A stretch of DNA of 63,665 nucleotides, counting the filler, from an uncultured Synergistales bacterium (lineage in GTDB: Bacteria > Synergistota > Synergistia > Synergistales > Aminobacteriaceae): NCBI GenBank assembly GCA_937897575.1. It is 5 parts of 5 records of this genome, joined end to end, with 100 filler letters (N's around TTAATTAATTAA, not from the genome) between each part and the next. Parts side by side here need not be neighbours in the genome. Positions count along the whole stretch, not along the records: positions 1 to 24,392 come from CALCQG010000026.1; 4 more parts are not named here. One strand, written 5' to 3'. A model generated the notes under the pieces. The model saw only the letters and a program-made list of their open reading frames with translations. It was not told where the DNA came from and searched no databases. Both the position numbers and the translations under genes were made by a program. Each line of letters begins with the position of its first letter. Positions within the stretch are counted from its first letter, which is position 1. This document shows positions 9,545 to 17,359 of the stretch, piece after piece.

Positions 9545-10533
9545 TGGGCCTTATTTTGCGCCTTGTGGCGGGAGCGGCGCTCATGCTGCTCGTCTTCGTT
9601 CTCGCCCTGCTCTTCGACGGCGCCGACAGAGTGGTGAACGCGCGGCTGCAGCGGCGGATCGGCCCCCCGATCCTTCAGCCCTTCATCGACCAGCTGAAGC
9701 TTCTGGGAAAGGAGAACATCGTCCCCCGGCGGGCCGTGGTCTGGGCCTTCAACGGAGCTCCCTGGGTCTCGGCCGCGAGCATGCTCCTCTTCTTTCTCTA
9801 TATCCCCATGGGATCGCTGCCGCCTGTCCTCGGCGGACACGGCGACATGATCCTGATCCTGTATCTGCTCAGCCTGTCGGGCGTGGCCATGGCTGTCGGC
9901 GGGTTCGCGAGCGGGAACCCCATCGCCAACGTGGGGGCGCAGCGTGAGATGATCCTCATGATGAGCTACGAATTCCCCCTGGCCGTGGTCATGGCGACCA
10001 TGGCCTGGATCGCCTATAAGACGGGAATGCCGGGACATCCGTTCAGCCTGGAGACCTTCGTGGCCATGCCCGTATGGTCCGTGGTCGGCAAGGTCGGCCT
10101 GCTCGGCATCGCCTGCCTCTTCCTGGCCTTCCTCCTCGTCGTGCCGGGGGAGACGGGCAAGGGCCCCATGGACATCCCCGAGGCCAAGACGGAGATTCTG
10201 GACGGCCTCATCATCGAGTATTCGGGACGAAACCTCGCCCTCTTCAAAATCACCTTCGCCCTCCGGGCTCTGGCGGTCTCGGCGCTCATGGTGACGCTGT
10301 TCCTCCCCTGGTCTTTGGGCAGGCCGCTCGGGCTCAGCGGAGCCCTTCTCTTCATCCTGGATTTTCTGTGGTTCTGGGTCAAGGTCTTCCTCACCCAGAT
10401 CGTGGTGATCACGGTGATGCGGACGGCCTTCGGGCGCCTGAAGATCTGGCAGGCCTCGGAGTTCTATCTGGTCAAGGTTGCGGGGCTCTCCATCGCCGGA
10501 ATGATCCTTGCATCCCTCGACATGCTTCTGTAG
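9541..10533 (+). CDS. mbhM: Mbh subunit M (NuoH-like)
   Basis: ARLQRRIGPP..QPFID..KLLGKE, SYEFP and PMDIPEAKTEILDG..IEYSG motifs. Confidence 0.92.
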   Translation: MMGLILRLVAGAALMLLVFVLALLFDGADRVVNARLQRRIGPPILQPFIDQLKLLGKENIVPRRAVVWAFNGAPWVSAASMLLFFLYIPMGSLPPVLGGHGDMILILYLLSLSGVAMAVGGFASGNPIANVGAQREMILMMSYEFPLAVVMATMAWIAYKTGMPGHPFSLETFVAMPVWSVVGKVGLLGIACLFLAFLLVVPGETGKGPMDIPEAKTEILDGLIIEYSGRNLALFKITFALRALAVSALMVTLFLPWSLGRPLGLSGALLFILDFLWFWVKVFLTQIVVITVMRTAFGRLKIWQASEFYLVKVAGLSIAGMILASLDMLL

Positions 10534-10549
10534 GAAGGAGGAGACGGCG

Positions 10550-11182
10550 ATGATCAACAGGATAGTGCCCCAGCTGCTGAAGCAGCTCTGGGAGAAGGCC
10601 TTCACCAACCCCTTCCCCGTGACGGCCATGCCGGACTCCCTGACGGAGGCCCTCAAGAAATCGGCGGAGGGCGAGATCGAGCTCAACATGCCCGTCCCCG
10701 TGGGCGATCGCTTCCGGGGCGCCATCGCCTACGACCGCTCGGCGTGCATCGGGTGCAAGCTGTGCATCAAGGTCTGCCCCGCGAACGCGACGGAATACGT
10801 GCCCGGAGACAAGAAGATCATCATCCACAACGACCGGTGCTGCTTCTGCGCCCAGTGCGTGGAGGTGTGCCCAGTGAAGTGCCTCTCGTCCTCCCAGGAC
10901 TACCTCATCTCGTCCTACGACAGGAAGGCCAACATCACCGTGGACACGGGAAAACCGGTGGTGGAGGAGGCGGACGGCGGGGAGCAGAAGAAGACGGTCT
11001 GCCGGATCGATGCCGAGAAGTGCATCGGCTGCACCATGTGCGCCAGAGGGTGTCCGGTGCAGTGCATCACCGGTCAGGTGAAGGTCCCTCACGTGATCGA
11101 CGAGGAGCGGTGCGTCGGGTGCGGCAAGTGCGCCGAGGTCTGCCCGAAGAGCGCCGTGTCCACCGTGGAGGTCGAGGGCTGA
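10550..11182 (+). CDS. mbhN: Mbh subunit N (NuoI-like) with an additional C-terminal 2x[4Fe-4S] domain
   Basis: ATG at 10550 follows AGGAGG; FTNPFP...FRG NuoI start; four CxxCxxCxxxCP motifs. Confidence 0.88.
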   Translation: MINRIVPQLLKQLWEKAFTNPFPVTAMPDSLTEALKKSAEGEIELNMPVPVGDRFRGAIAYDRSACIGCKLCIKVCPANATEYVPGDKKIIIHNDRCCFCAQCVEVCPVKCLSSSQDYLISSYDRKANITVDTGKPVVEEADGGEQKKTVCRIDAEKCIGCTMCARGCPVQCITGQVKVPHVIDEERCVGCGKCAEVCPKSAVSTVEVEG

Positions 11183-11401
11183 TCTCATCGTATCGGCCAG
11201 GACGCCGTGCTCAATCGGACGACGTCGCCTCTGTCGCTCCGTTCCGCGAGGGGCATGGCGTCGTCCCAAAGACCCCGACCGGATCCCTTGTCTCGGGATA
11301 GGGCGGGCGACTGAAGTGTGAAACCCGGAGGCGCACATGCTTTATCCCGGGCGTATCCCCGGGCAAAGCGGACATCGCGATCTCGGGAGCAATGACAAGA
11401 G

Positions 11402-11427
11402 CAGGGCCGGGCATTTGCCCGGCCCTG
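11402..11427. terminator. GC hairpin between the convergent mbhN and gltX genes
   Basis: CAGGGCCGGGC-ATTT-GCCCGGCCCTG perfect 11-bp stem; no strong U-tract. Confidence 0.5.
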
Positions 11428-11486
11428 TCCGTATGTGCGTCGGATGAGAGCGCCCGATGCACCCCATCCGCTGTCCTCTTCGTGCG

Positions 11487-12800
11487 CTACAGGAGGTTGT
11501 AGTGGGCGAGGCGCCTCTTCGTCTCCTCCCGTCCGATCTGCTCGGCCACCTCGAAGATGCCCGGGCTGACCTTCATCCCCGTGAGGGCCATGCGCAGGGG
11601 CATGGCGATCTCCTTCATCTTGACGGCCTGCTCCGTGCTCCACGTTCGGGTGAACTCCTCGAGAAGATCGGCCTTCCACTCGGGGCATGCGAGGAGGTCA
11701 CGGACGTACCTCCGCACCGTCGCCCGCTGCGCTTCGTCGATGTCCGATCCGTCGTACCGCTTTTTCACGGCGTCGAAGGTGACGAAGTAGTCCGAGTACC
11801 CGGCGGCCTCTCTGGCGGTCTGCCCCCGGCCTCCGAGGACGACGAGGGACTGGGCGAGGTACTCCCTCGAGTGCTCGTCCACGGGCAGCCCCATCTCTCG
11901 CCAGAAGGGCTCCACGAGGTCGAGGCGGGTGGAGGGGTCGAGCATCTTCAGGTGCTCCTGGTTGATGTGGTTCAGCTTCTCCATGTCGAAGATGGCCGAG
12001 CGCTTCGTGACCCTCGAGAGCTCGAAGAGAGCGGCGGCCTCCTCGCGGGAGAAGACCTCGTTCCCCTCCCCGGCGGACCAGCCAAGCAGGGCAAGAAAGT
12101 TGAACATGGCATCGGGCATGTACCCCATGTCGCGGTACTCGTACACGCTGGTGGCCCCATGGCGTTTCGAGAGCTTCTTCTTGTCCTTCCCCAGAATCAT
12201 GGGCAGGTGCCCGAAGACGGGGTACTCCCACTGGAGCGCACGATACAGGAGGAGCTGTTTCGGCGTGTTGGAGATGTGGTCCTCGCCTCGGATCACGTGA
12301 GATATGGCCATGGTATGGTCGTCAACGACCACGGCATAGTTGTACGTGGGCATGCCGTCGCTCTTTATGAGGACGATGTCCTTCAGGGTGTCGCTCATCA
12401 TCTCGATGTGTCCGTAGACCACGTCGTCGAAGGCGAGGGAGACGCCCTGAGGGACCCTGTAGATGACGGCCTCGCCCTCGCGGTAGGCCGATCCCTCGCT
12501 CAGCAGCCTGTTTGCCCAGTGGTGGTAGATCTCGAGGCGTTCGGACTGACGATAGGGTCCGAAATCACCGGCCCTGTCCGGCCCCTCGTCCCAGTCGAGG
12601 CCGAGCCACTCCATGCCGGCCATGATGGTCTCCTCGTACTCCTTGGTGGAGCGCTCTCTGTCCGTGTCCTCGATGCGGAGGATGAATCGTCCTCCGTTGT
12701 GTCTCGCCCACAGCCAGTTAAAGAGGGCCGTGTGCCCTCCTCCGATGTGCAATGCGCCCGTAGGGCTGGGGGCGAAGCGTACCCGAACTGTTCCGGCCAT
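11487..12800 (-). CDS. gltX: Glutamate--tRNA ligase
   Basis: VRVRFAPSPTGALHIGG (HIGH), LRIEDTD, HVIRGEDH and KLSKR (KMSKS); RBS AAGGAGG before ATG 12800. Confidence 0.96.
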   Translation of the reverse strand: MAGTVRVRFAPSPTGALHIGGGHTALFNWLWARHNGGRFILRIEDTDRERSTKEYEETIMAGMEWLGLDWDEGPDRAGDFGPYRQSERLEIYHHWANRLLSEGSAYREGEAVIYRVPQGVSLAFDDVVYGHIEMMSDTLKDIVLIKSDGMPTYNYAVVVDDHTMAISHVIRGEDHISNTPKQLLLYRALQWEYPVFGHLPMILGKDKKKLSKRHGATSVYEYRDMGYMPDAMFNFLALLGWSAGEGNEVFSREEAAALFELSRVTKRSAIFDMEKLNHINQEHLKMLDPSTRLDLVEPFWREMGLPVDEHSREYLAQSLVVLGGRGQTAREAAGYSDYFVTFDAVKKRYDGSDIDEAQRATVRRYVRDLLACPEWKADLLEEFTRTWSTEQAVKMKEIAMPLRMALTGMKVSPGIFEVAEQIGREETKRRLAHYNLL

Positions 12801-12924
12801 TTTTATCCTCCTTGAGGGGTGTGTCGTCCCCTGTGCGTACGTGCGGTATGGAGAACAATGAGTTATTATAACGTAATCGGCGCTGGAAATGGGCGCAGTC
12901 AAGCAGTCAAAAGGATGTGAAGGG

Positions 12925-15444
12925 ATGGAACACCGAAAGATATTGCTCGTGGACGGTCATGCCCTTGCCTTTCGCGCGTTCTACGCGCTGCCGGAGCTCA
13001 CCGCTCCCGACGGGACGCCGACGAACGCCGTCGTCGGCTTCTTCAATATGCTCGGGAAGATTTTGAGCGACTGGTCGCCTGACCTGTACGGCGTCATGTT
13101 CGATGCCCCAGGACCCACCTTCCGTCACGAGGCGTACAAGGAGTACAAGGCGGGGCGCAAACCGACGCCCGAGGAGTTCAAGGTTCAGACGCCGATCATC
13201 ATCGAGATGCTGAAGGCCCTTGGTGTGCCCGTCACGGTCCGCGACGGGGTCGAGGCCGACGACGTCATCGCGTCCGTGGCCTGCACGGCCGCCCGGGAGG
13301 GAGTCGAGGTCCTCGTGCTCACGTCGGACAAGGACCTGCTGCAGATTCTGGCGCCCGGCATCTCGGTCCTCCGGCCTCAGAAGGGCATCTCCACCTTTAC
13401 ACTTCTGGACGAAAAAGCCTTCGGCGAGGAGTTCGGGTTCCCCCCCTCGGCCATGAAGGAATACCTCGCCCTCGTGGGCGACGCGGTGGACAACGTCCCG
13501 GGCGTCGCCGGGGTGGGAGACAAGACGGCAAGGCAGCTCGTGACGGAGTACGGATCCCTCGACCGGATCTACGAGAACTTGTCGCTCCTGAAACCGGCTC
13601 TCCGCAAGAAGCTGGAGGAGGGGCGGGAGCGGGCCTTTTACAGCCGGGAGCTTGTGACGCTCCTGTGCGACACCGAGGAGGATTTGGCGCAGTTTCACCC
13701 CGCCCGGACGGACCGGGAGCACTTCTCCGAGCTGTGCCGGTCCCTCGGGCTGCAGAAGATCGAGGAGCGATTTCTGTCGGCCGAAACCGGCCCCGAGGCA
13801 GGGGCGGAGGTTCCAGCGGGAGATCTCGTCGTCGCCCCACGGGATGAGATTCTTTCGGAGAGGGAGCTTGTCTGTGTGCCCGTTGACCCCGAGTCGCGGG
13901 AGATCGTCCTCATGACCCCCGCCGGCCGGTACGCCCGCTTTGCCGAGGGCTTTGAGAAGGTCCTCGGCGAACTGAAGGACGCAACGATTCTCGTGGAGGA
14001 CTATAAAAAGACCCTCTCCGTTTTGGAGTCGCAGCCTCTACCGCCCGAGCGCGTGCGTGACTTCACCACGGCCCACTATCTGCTGCACCCCGATGGTCCC
14101 ACCCACGACCCCAGAGCGCTCTTCCCCGGGTACGACGGGCTGTCGCCCGAAGGAAGGGCCGCTCTGCTGCACGGGGAGTACCGGACGCTCCGGGAGCGCA
14201 TCGCGGAGTACGAGGGATTGGATGACGTCATGGGGACGATCGATCTCCCGCTCGTGCCGATCCTCGTGGATATGGAACGCCACGGCATAGGGTGCAGCCT
14301 CGATGCATACGGCGACCTGGAGCGGGACCTGGCATCCCGGGTGGGGCAGATCGAAGGGGCGATCGCAAAGGTCGCAGGCGAGCGCATCAACCTTAACTCC
14401 CCAAAACAGGTGGGGTGGCTGCTCTTTAAAAAAATGAGTCTCCCCGCGGGGAAACGGACGAAGACGGGGTACTCGACGGACGTCACGGTGCTCGAGGGGC
14501 TTGTCGCCATGGGAAAACCCTACGACGAGGTCCCGGCTCTCCTTCTCGAGTACCGCGAGCTGACCAAGATGCTCTCCGGCTTTGTCCAGCCTCTGACAAA
14601 AGCGGCCGAAGCAGGCAAAGGCGTGATTCACGGGACCTTCGAGCCGGCCGTCACGGGCACGGGGCGGCTGAGCAGCCGCGACCCGAACCTTCAGAACCTC
14701 CCCTCCTTCGGGGAGTGGTCGAAGCGCATCAAGGAGGGCCTCCACCCCAAGGGGGAGGGGAACATCTTCGTCTCGGCGGACTACTCCCAGGTCGAACTCC
14801 GCGTCCTGGCCCACCTGTCCGGTGAGGAGCGCCTGAAGGACTCCTTCCGCTCGGGACGGGACATCCACACCGAGACGGCATCCTGGGTCTTCTCCGTCGA
14901 TCCGGGCCTCGTCACGCCCGAACTGCGTCGGGTGGCGAAGATGATCAACTTCGGGCTCCTGTACGGTATGAGCTCCTTCGGCCTGGCGCAGCGCCTGGCC
15001 ATGGGCCGGCAGGAGGCCGCGGAGATCATCCGGAGGTATTTCACGGCGCTGCCCGCCGTGGAGGCATACCTGGAGGAGAGCTACGACGAGGCAAAGAAGC
15101 GAGGCTATACCCGGACGATGATGGGGCGGATCAGGCCCCTCGCCGAGGTCCCCGTGAGCCCAAGGGACCGGGACGGCCTCCGTCGGGTGGCGGTGAACTC
15201 GCCCATCCAGGGGACCGCTGCGGACATCGCACGCAAGGCCATGGTGGACTTCGGCACCCGCTACCCCGCTTCGGGCGATGTCCGCCTCGTGCTTCAGGTT
15301 CACGACTCTCTGGTGTGCGAATGCCCCGAGGACAAGGCGTCCGAGACGGAGGAGGCGCTGAGGCACCTGATGGAGCAGGCCGTTCAGCTCTCGGTCCCGC
15401 TGCGGGCGGAATCGAAAAGGGGGAAAACCCTTGCGGACGTCTGA
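12925..15444 (+). CDS. polA: DNA polymerase I
   Basis: 5'-3' exonuclease LLVDGH..AFRAFYA and EADD; polymerase motifs TGRLSSRDPNLQN, ADYSQVELR, AKMINFGLLYG and QVHD. Confidence 0.96.
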   Translation: MEHRKILLVDGHALAFRAFYALPELTAPDGTPTNAVVGFFNMLGKILSDWSPDLYGVMFDAPGPTFRHEAYKEYKAGRKPTPEEFKVQTPIIIEMLKALGVPVTVRDGVEADDVIASVACTAAREGVEVLVLTSDKDLLQILAPGISVLRPQKGISTFTLLDEKAFGEEFGFPPSAMKEYLALVGDAVDNVPGVAGVGDKTARQLVTEYGSLDRIYENLSLLKPALRKKLEEGRERAFYSRELVTLLCDTEEDLAQFHPARTDREHFSELCRSLGLQKIEERFLSAETGPEAGAEVPAGDLVVAPRDEILSERELVCVPVDPESREIVLMTPAGRYARFAEGFEKVLGELKDATILVEDYKKTLSVLESQPLPPERVRDFTTAHYLLHPDGPTHDPRALFPGYDGLSPEGRAALLHGEYRTLRERIAEYEGLDDVMGTIDLPLVPILVDMERHGIGCSLDAYGDLERDLASRVGQIEGAIAKVAGERINLNSPKQVGWLLFKKMSLPAGKRTKTGYSTDVTVLEGLVAMGKPYDEVPALLLEYRELTKMLSGFVQPLTKAAEAGKGVIHGTFEPAVTGTGRLSSRDPNLQNLPSFGEWSKRIKEGLHPKGEGNIFVSADYSQVELRVLAHLSGEERLKDSFRSGRDIHTETASWVFSVDPGLVTPELRRVAKMINFGLLYGMSSFGLAQRLAMGRQEAAEIIRRYFTALPAVEAYLEESYDEAKKRGYTRTMMGRIRPLAEVPVSPRDRDGLRRVAVNSPIQGTAADIARKAMVDFGTRYPASGDVRLVLQVHDSLVCECPEDKASETEEALRHLMEQAVQLSVPLRAESKRGKTLADV

Positions 15445-15513
15445 TCATACTTCATCTGTCTGTGATACAATACCTCCTTGGAGTTCGGAAAACAGAAAGA
15501 GAGGTCGATCCCC

Positions 15514-16710
15514 TTGGTACTGAAGACCCTGAGAAATCATATCCGCTGGATCATGATCGCCATCACCGTGATCTTCGTGCTCTCCATCTTCGGCATGTAC
15601 GGATTCTCCGGCAGCGGCAGACGGACTCAGGAAGGAGGGCAGAGCGACTACGCCGTCGCCGAGATCGACGGCAAGACGCTCATGCGCTCCACGCTCGAAC
15701 AGTCAATGCGCCAGTATGCGGAGCAGGTGCACGCTCAGAACATCACGTCGGCCGACATCCCGAACCTGTACCAGGGGGCTCTCGACTCCATTGCCCTTTC
15801 GTCCCAGCTGGACAAGGCGTCGAAGGAATCGGGGCTGAAGGCCACGGATGAGGAGATCGACGCCGCCGTCAAGCAGATCAGCGATCAGTTCCCGACGAAG
15901 GAGGCCTTCATGCAGTACATGGACCAGTCGGGGATCAAGATGGCCGATCTGAGAAAGCAGATGGGGGAGCAGGTCATTCGGGGCAAGCTGCTGGAAGGGG
16001 CGACGAAGGACGTCGCGGTGACCGACCAGGAGATGAAGGACTTTTACGAGCAGACGAAGACGCTGATCTTCCACACGCCCGCGGGATTCCGGATGGACTT
16101 CGCCCGGGTGAAATCCCGTGCGGCGGCGGAGACCCTCCGTTCCGCCCTTTCGGGCGGTGCGACCTGGGACGCCGCCGTCGCGTCCGTCGCGTCGTCGGAC
16201 CTCCTCGAGAGGACGCCGGCGACGGGCCCCGTCTACATGTCCGACGAAGCGGCGAAGGATCGGTTCTCCGCCCTCGCGGACACTCCGGCCGGTGAGGCGA
16301 GCGCCCCGATCGAGATCGCCAGCGACGACTTCCTTGTGGCGGTCAAGCGTGCGACGGTGGCCGAGGAGACGGCTCCCTTCGAGGTCGTCAGCGGCGACGT
16401 CAAAGCCTATCTCCTTGACGAAAAGCGCAACGCCGCTCAGTCAAAGTTCTTTGCGGACCTGAGGGACCAGGCGAAGGTGGTCATCCTCGACCCCTCTCTC
16501 TTCCCGAAGCCGGAACAGGTGAAAACGACGCCCGCCTCGGCCGATGTCCCCGCCGCAACTTCCAGGCCGACCGCCGCTCCTGAAGGGGAGAAAACTGCGC
16601 CTGCCTCGGGCGATGCGCCTTCATCGAACCAGCCCGCCGTGTCCGAACCGGCCTCGTCGTCGCCAGCCGCAGATTTACCGGAGACGGCGAGCGGCGACGT
16701 GAAGAAGTGA
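15514..16710 (+). CDS. SurA N-terminal/PpiD-like membrane-anchored periplasmic chaperone (degenerate parvulin domain)
   Basis: LKTLRNH..WIMIAI TM anchor, VAEIDGK, ATDEEID and PFEVV..VK; A/P/S-rich tail. Start placed at TTG 15514 after GAGAGG. Confidence 0.75.
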   Translation: MVLKTLRNHIRWIMIAITVIFVLSIFGMYGFSGSGRRTQEGGQSDYAVAEIDGKTLMRSTLEQSMRQYAEQVHAQNITSADIPNLYQGALDSIALSSQLDKASKESGLKATDEEIDAAVKQISDQFPTKEAFMQYMDQSGIKMADLRKQMGEQVIRGKLLEGATKDVAVTDQEMKDFYEQTKTLIFHTPAGFRMDFARVKSRAAAETLRSALSGGATWDAAVASVASSDLLERTPATGPVYMSDEAAKDRFSALADTPAGEASAPIEIASDDFLVAVKRATVAEETAPFEVVSGDVKAYLLDEKRNAAQSKFFADLRDQAKVVILDPSLFPKPEQVKTTPASADVPAATSRPTAAPEGEKTAPASGDAPSSNQPAVSEPASSSPAADLPETASGDVKK

Positions 16711-16726
16711 CGGTCCGCCCGGCCTC

Positions 16727-16755
16727 TTGACATCCGAGGCCGTGCTGACTAGAAT
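16727..16755 (+). promoter_or_regulatory. sigma70 promoter of the tRNA pair
   Basis: TTGACA-17 nt-TAGAAT, ending 15 nt before tRNA-Ser. Confidence 0.8.
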
Positions 16756-16770
16756 AAACGGGCATTTTAC

Positions 16771-16865
16771 GGTGGGTTGGCCGAGTAGGCTGAAGGCGCT
16801 CGCCTGCTAAGCGGGTAGGGGGGCTAAAACCTCTCTCGAGGGTTCGAATCCCTCACCCACCGCCA
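16771..16865 (+). tRNA. tRNA-Ser(GCT)
   Basis: Acceptor stem GGTGGGT/ACCCACC, anticodon loop CT-GCT-AA, long variable arm, GGTTCGAATCC, encoded CCA. Confidence 0.96.
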
Positions 16866-16880
16866 TTTTACAAGCACTGT

Positions 16881-16957
16881 GCGCCGGTAGCTCAGATGGA
16901 TAGAGCGGCGGTCTACGGAACCGCAGGTCACGAGTTCGAATCTTGTCCGGCGCGCCA
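16881..16957 (+). tRNA. tRNA-Arg(ACG)
   Basis: Acceptor stem GCGCCGG/CCGGCGC, D-arm AGCTCAGATGGATAGAGC, anticodon arm GCGGT-CTACGGA-ACCGC, TTCGAAT, CCA. Confidence 0.96.
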
Positions 16958-16964
16958 CTAATTG

Positions 16965-17004
16965 CGAGGCCCCCCGAATGTAGCGGGAGGCCTCGTTTTT
17001 TTTT
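16965..17004 (+). terminator. Intrinsic terminator after the tRNAs
   Basis: CGAGGCCCCCCG-AATGTAG-CGGGAGGCCTCG followed by T9. Confidence 0.85.
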
Positions 17005-17359
17005 CGGTCGTGCTCTGTATGGAGCATGTACTCCGAGCGACGGATTGTTTTTCTCACGCTGAATCGAGAGTGACCACAGGCTTCTCCTTGTTTTTTACCG
17101 CCGCAAGTCCTTTTTGCGTTCCAGGGTGCTCTTTTTTCGACCTTTCAAACCCATATGCCGGTGGCCTCGGGCGGTTTTCATGTCCGTTGTGCACGCGCAC
17201 CGAAGCCCAGTCTTCGCGACGATCCGGCCGGTCCGTTGTGATATTCGGTCAATCCGCCTTTTTGAGGATAACCTTTCCGGCCTTTTCTGGTATACTCCAT
17301 AGCCGTGCGGACAGGAGAATCTATGCCCCAGGGCGGGGGTATGCGCCGAAGGAGGCCCC

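Noticed and set aside
11311..11324. CTGAAGTGTGAAAC resembling a hammerhead ribozyme core
   Set aside because: CUGANGA is mismatched, there is no stem II, and no properly placed UH cleavage site.
17005..17359. Lower-GC gap after tRNA-Arg as an integration scar
   Set aside because: No tRNA 3' duplication, integrase remnant or terminal repeats are visible; it contains only a TATACT -10-like box for the next gene.
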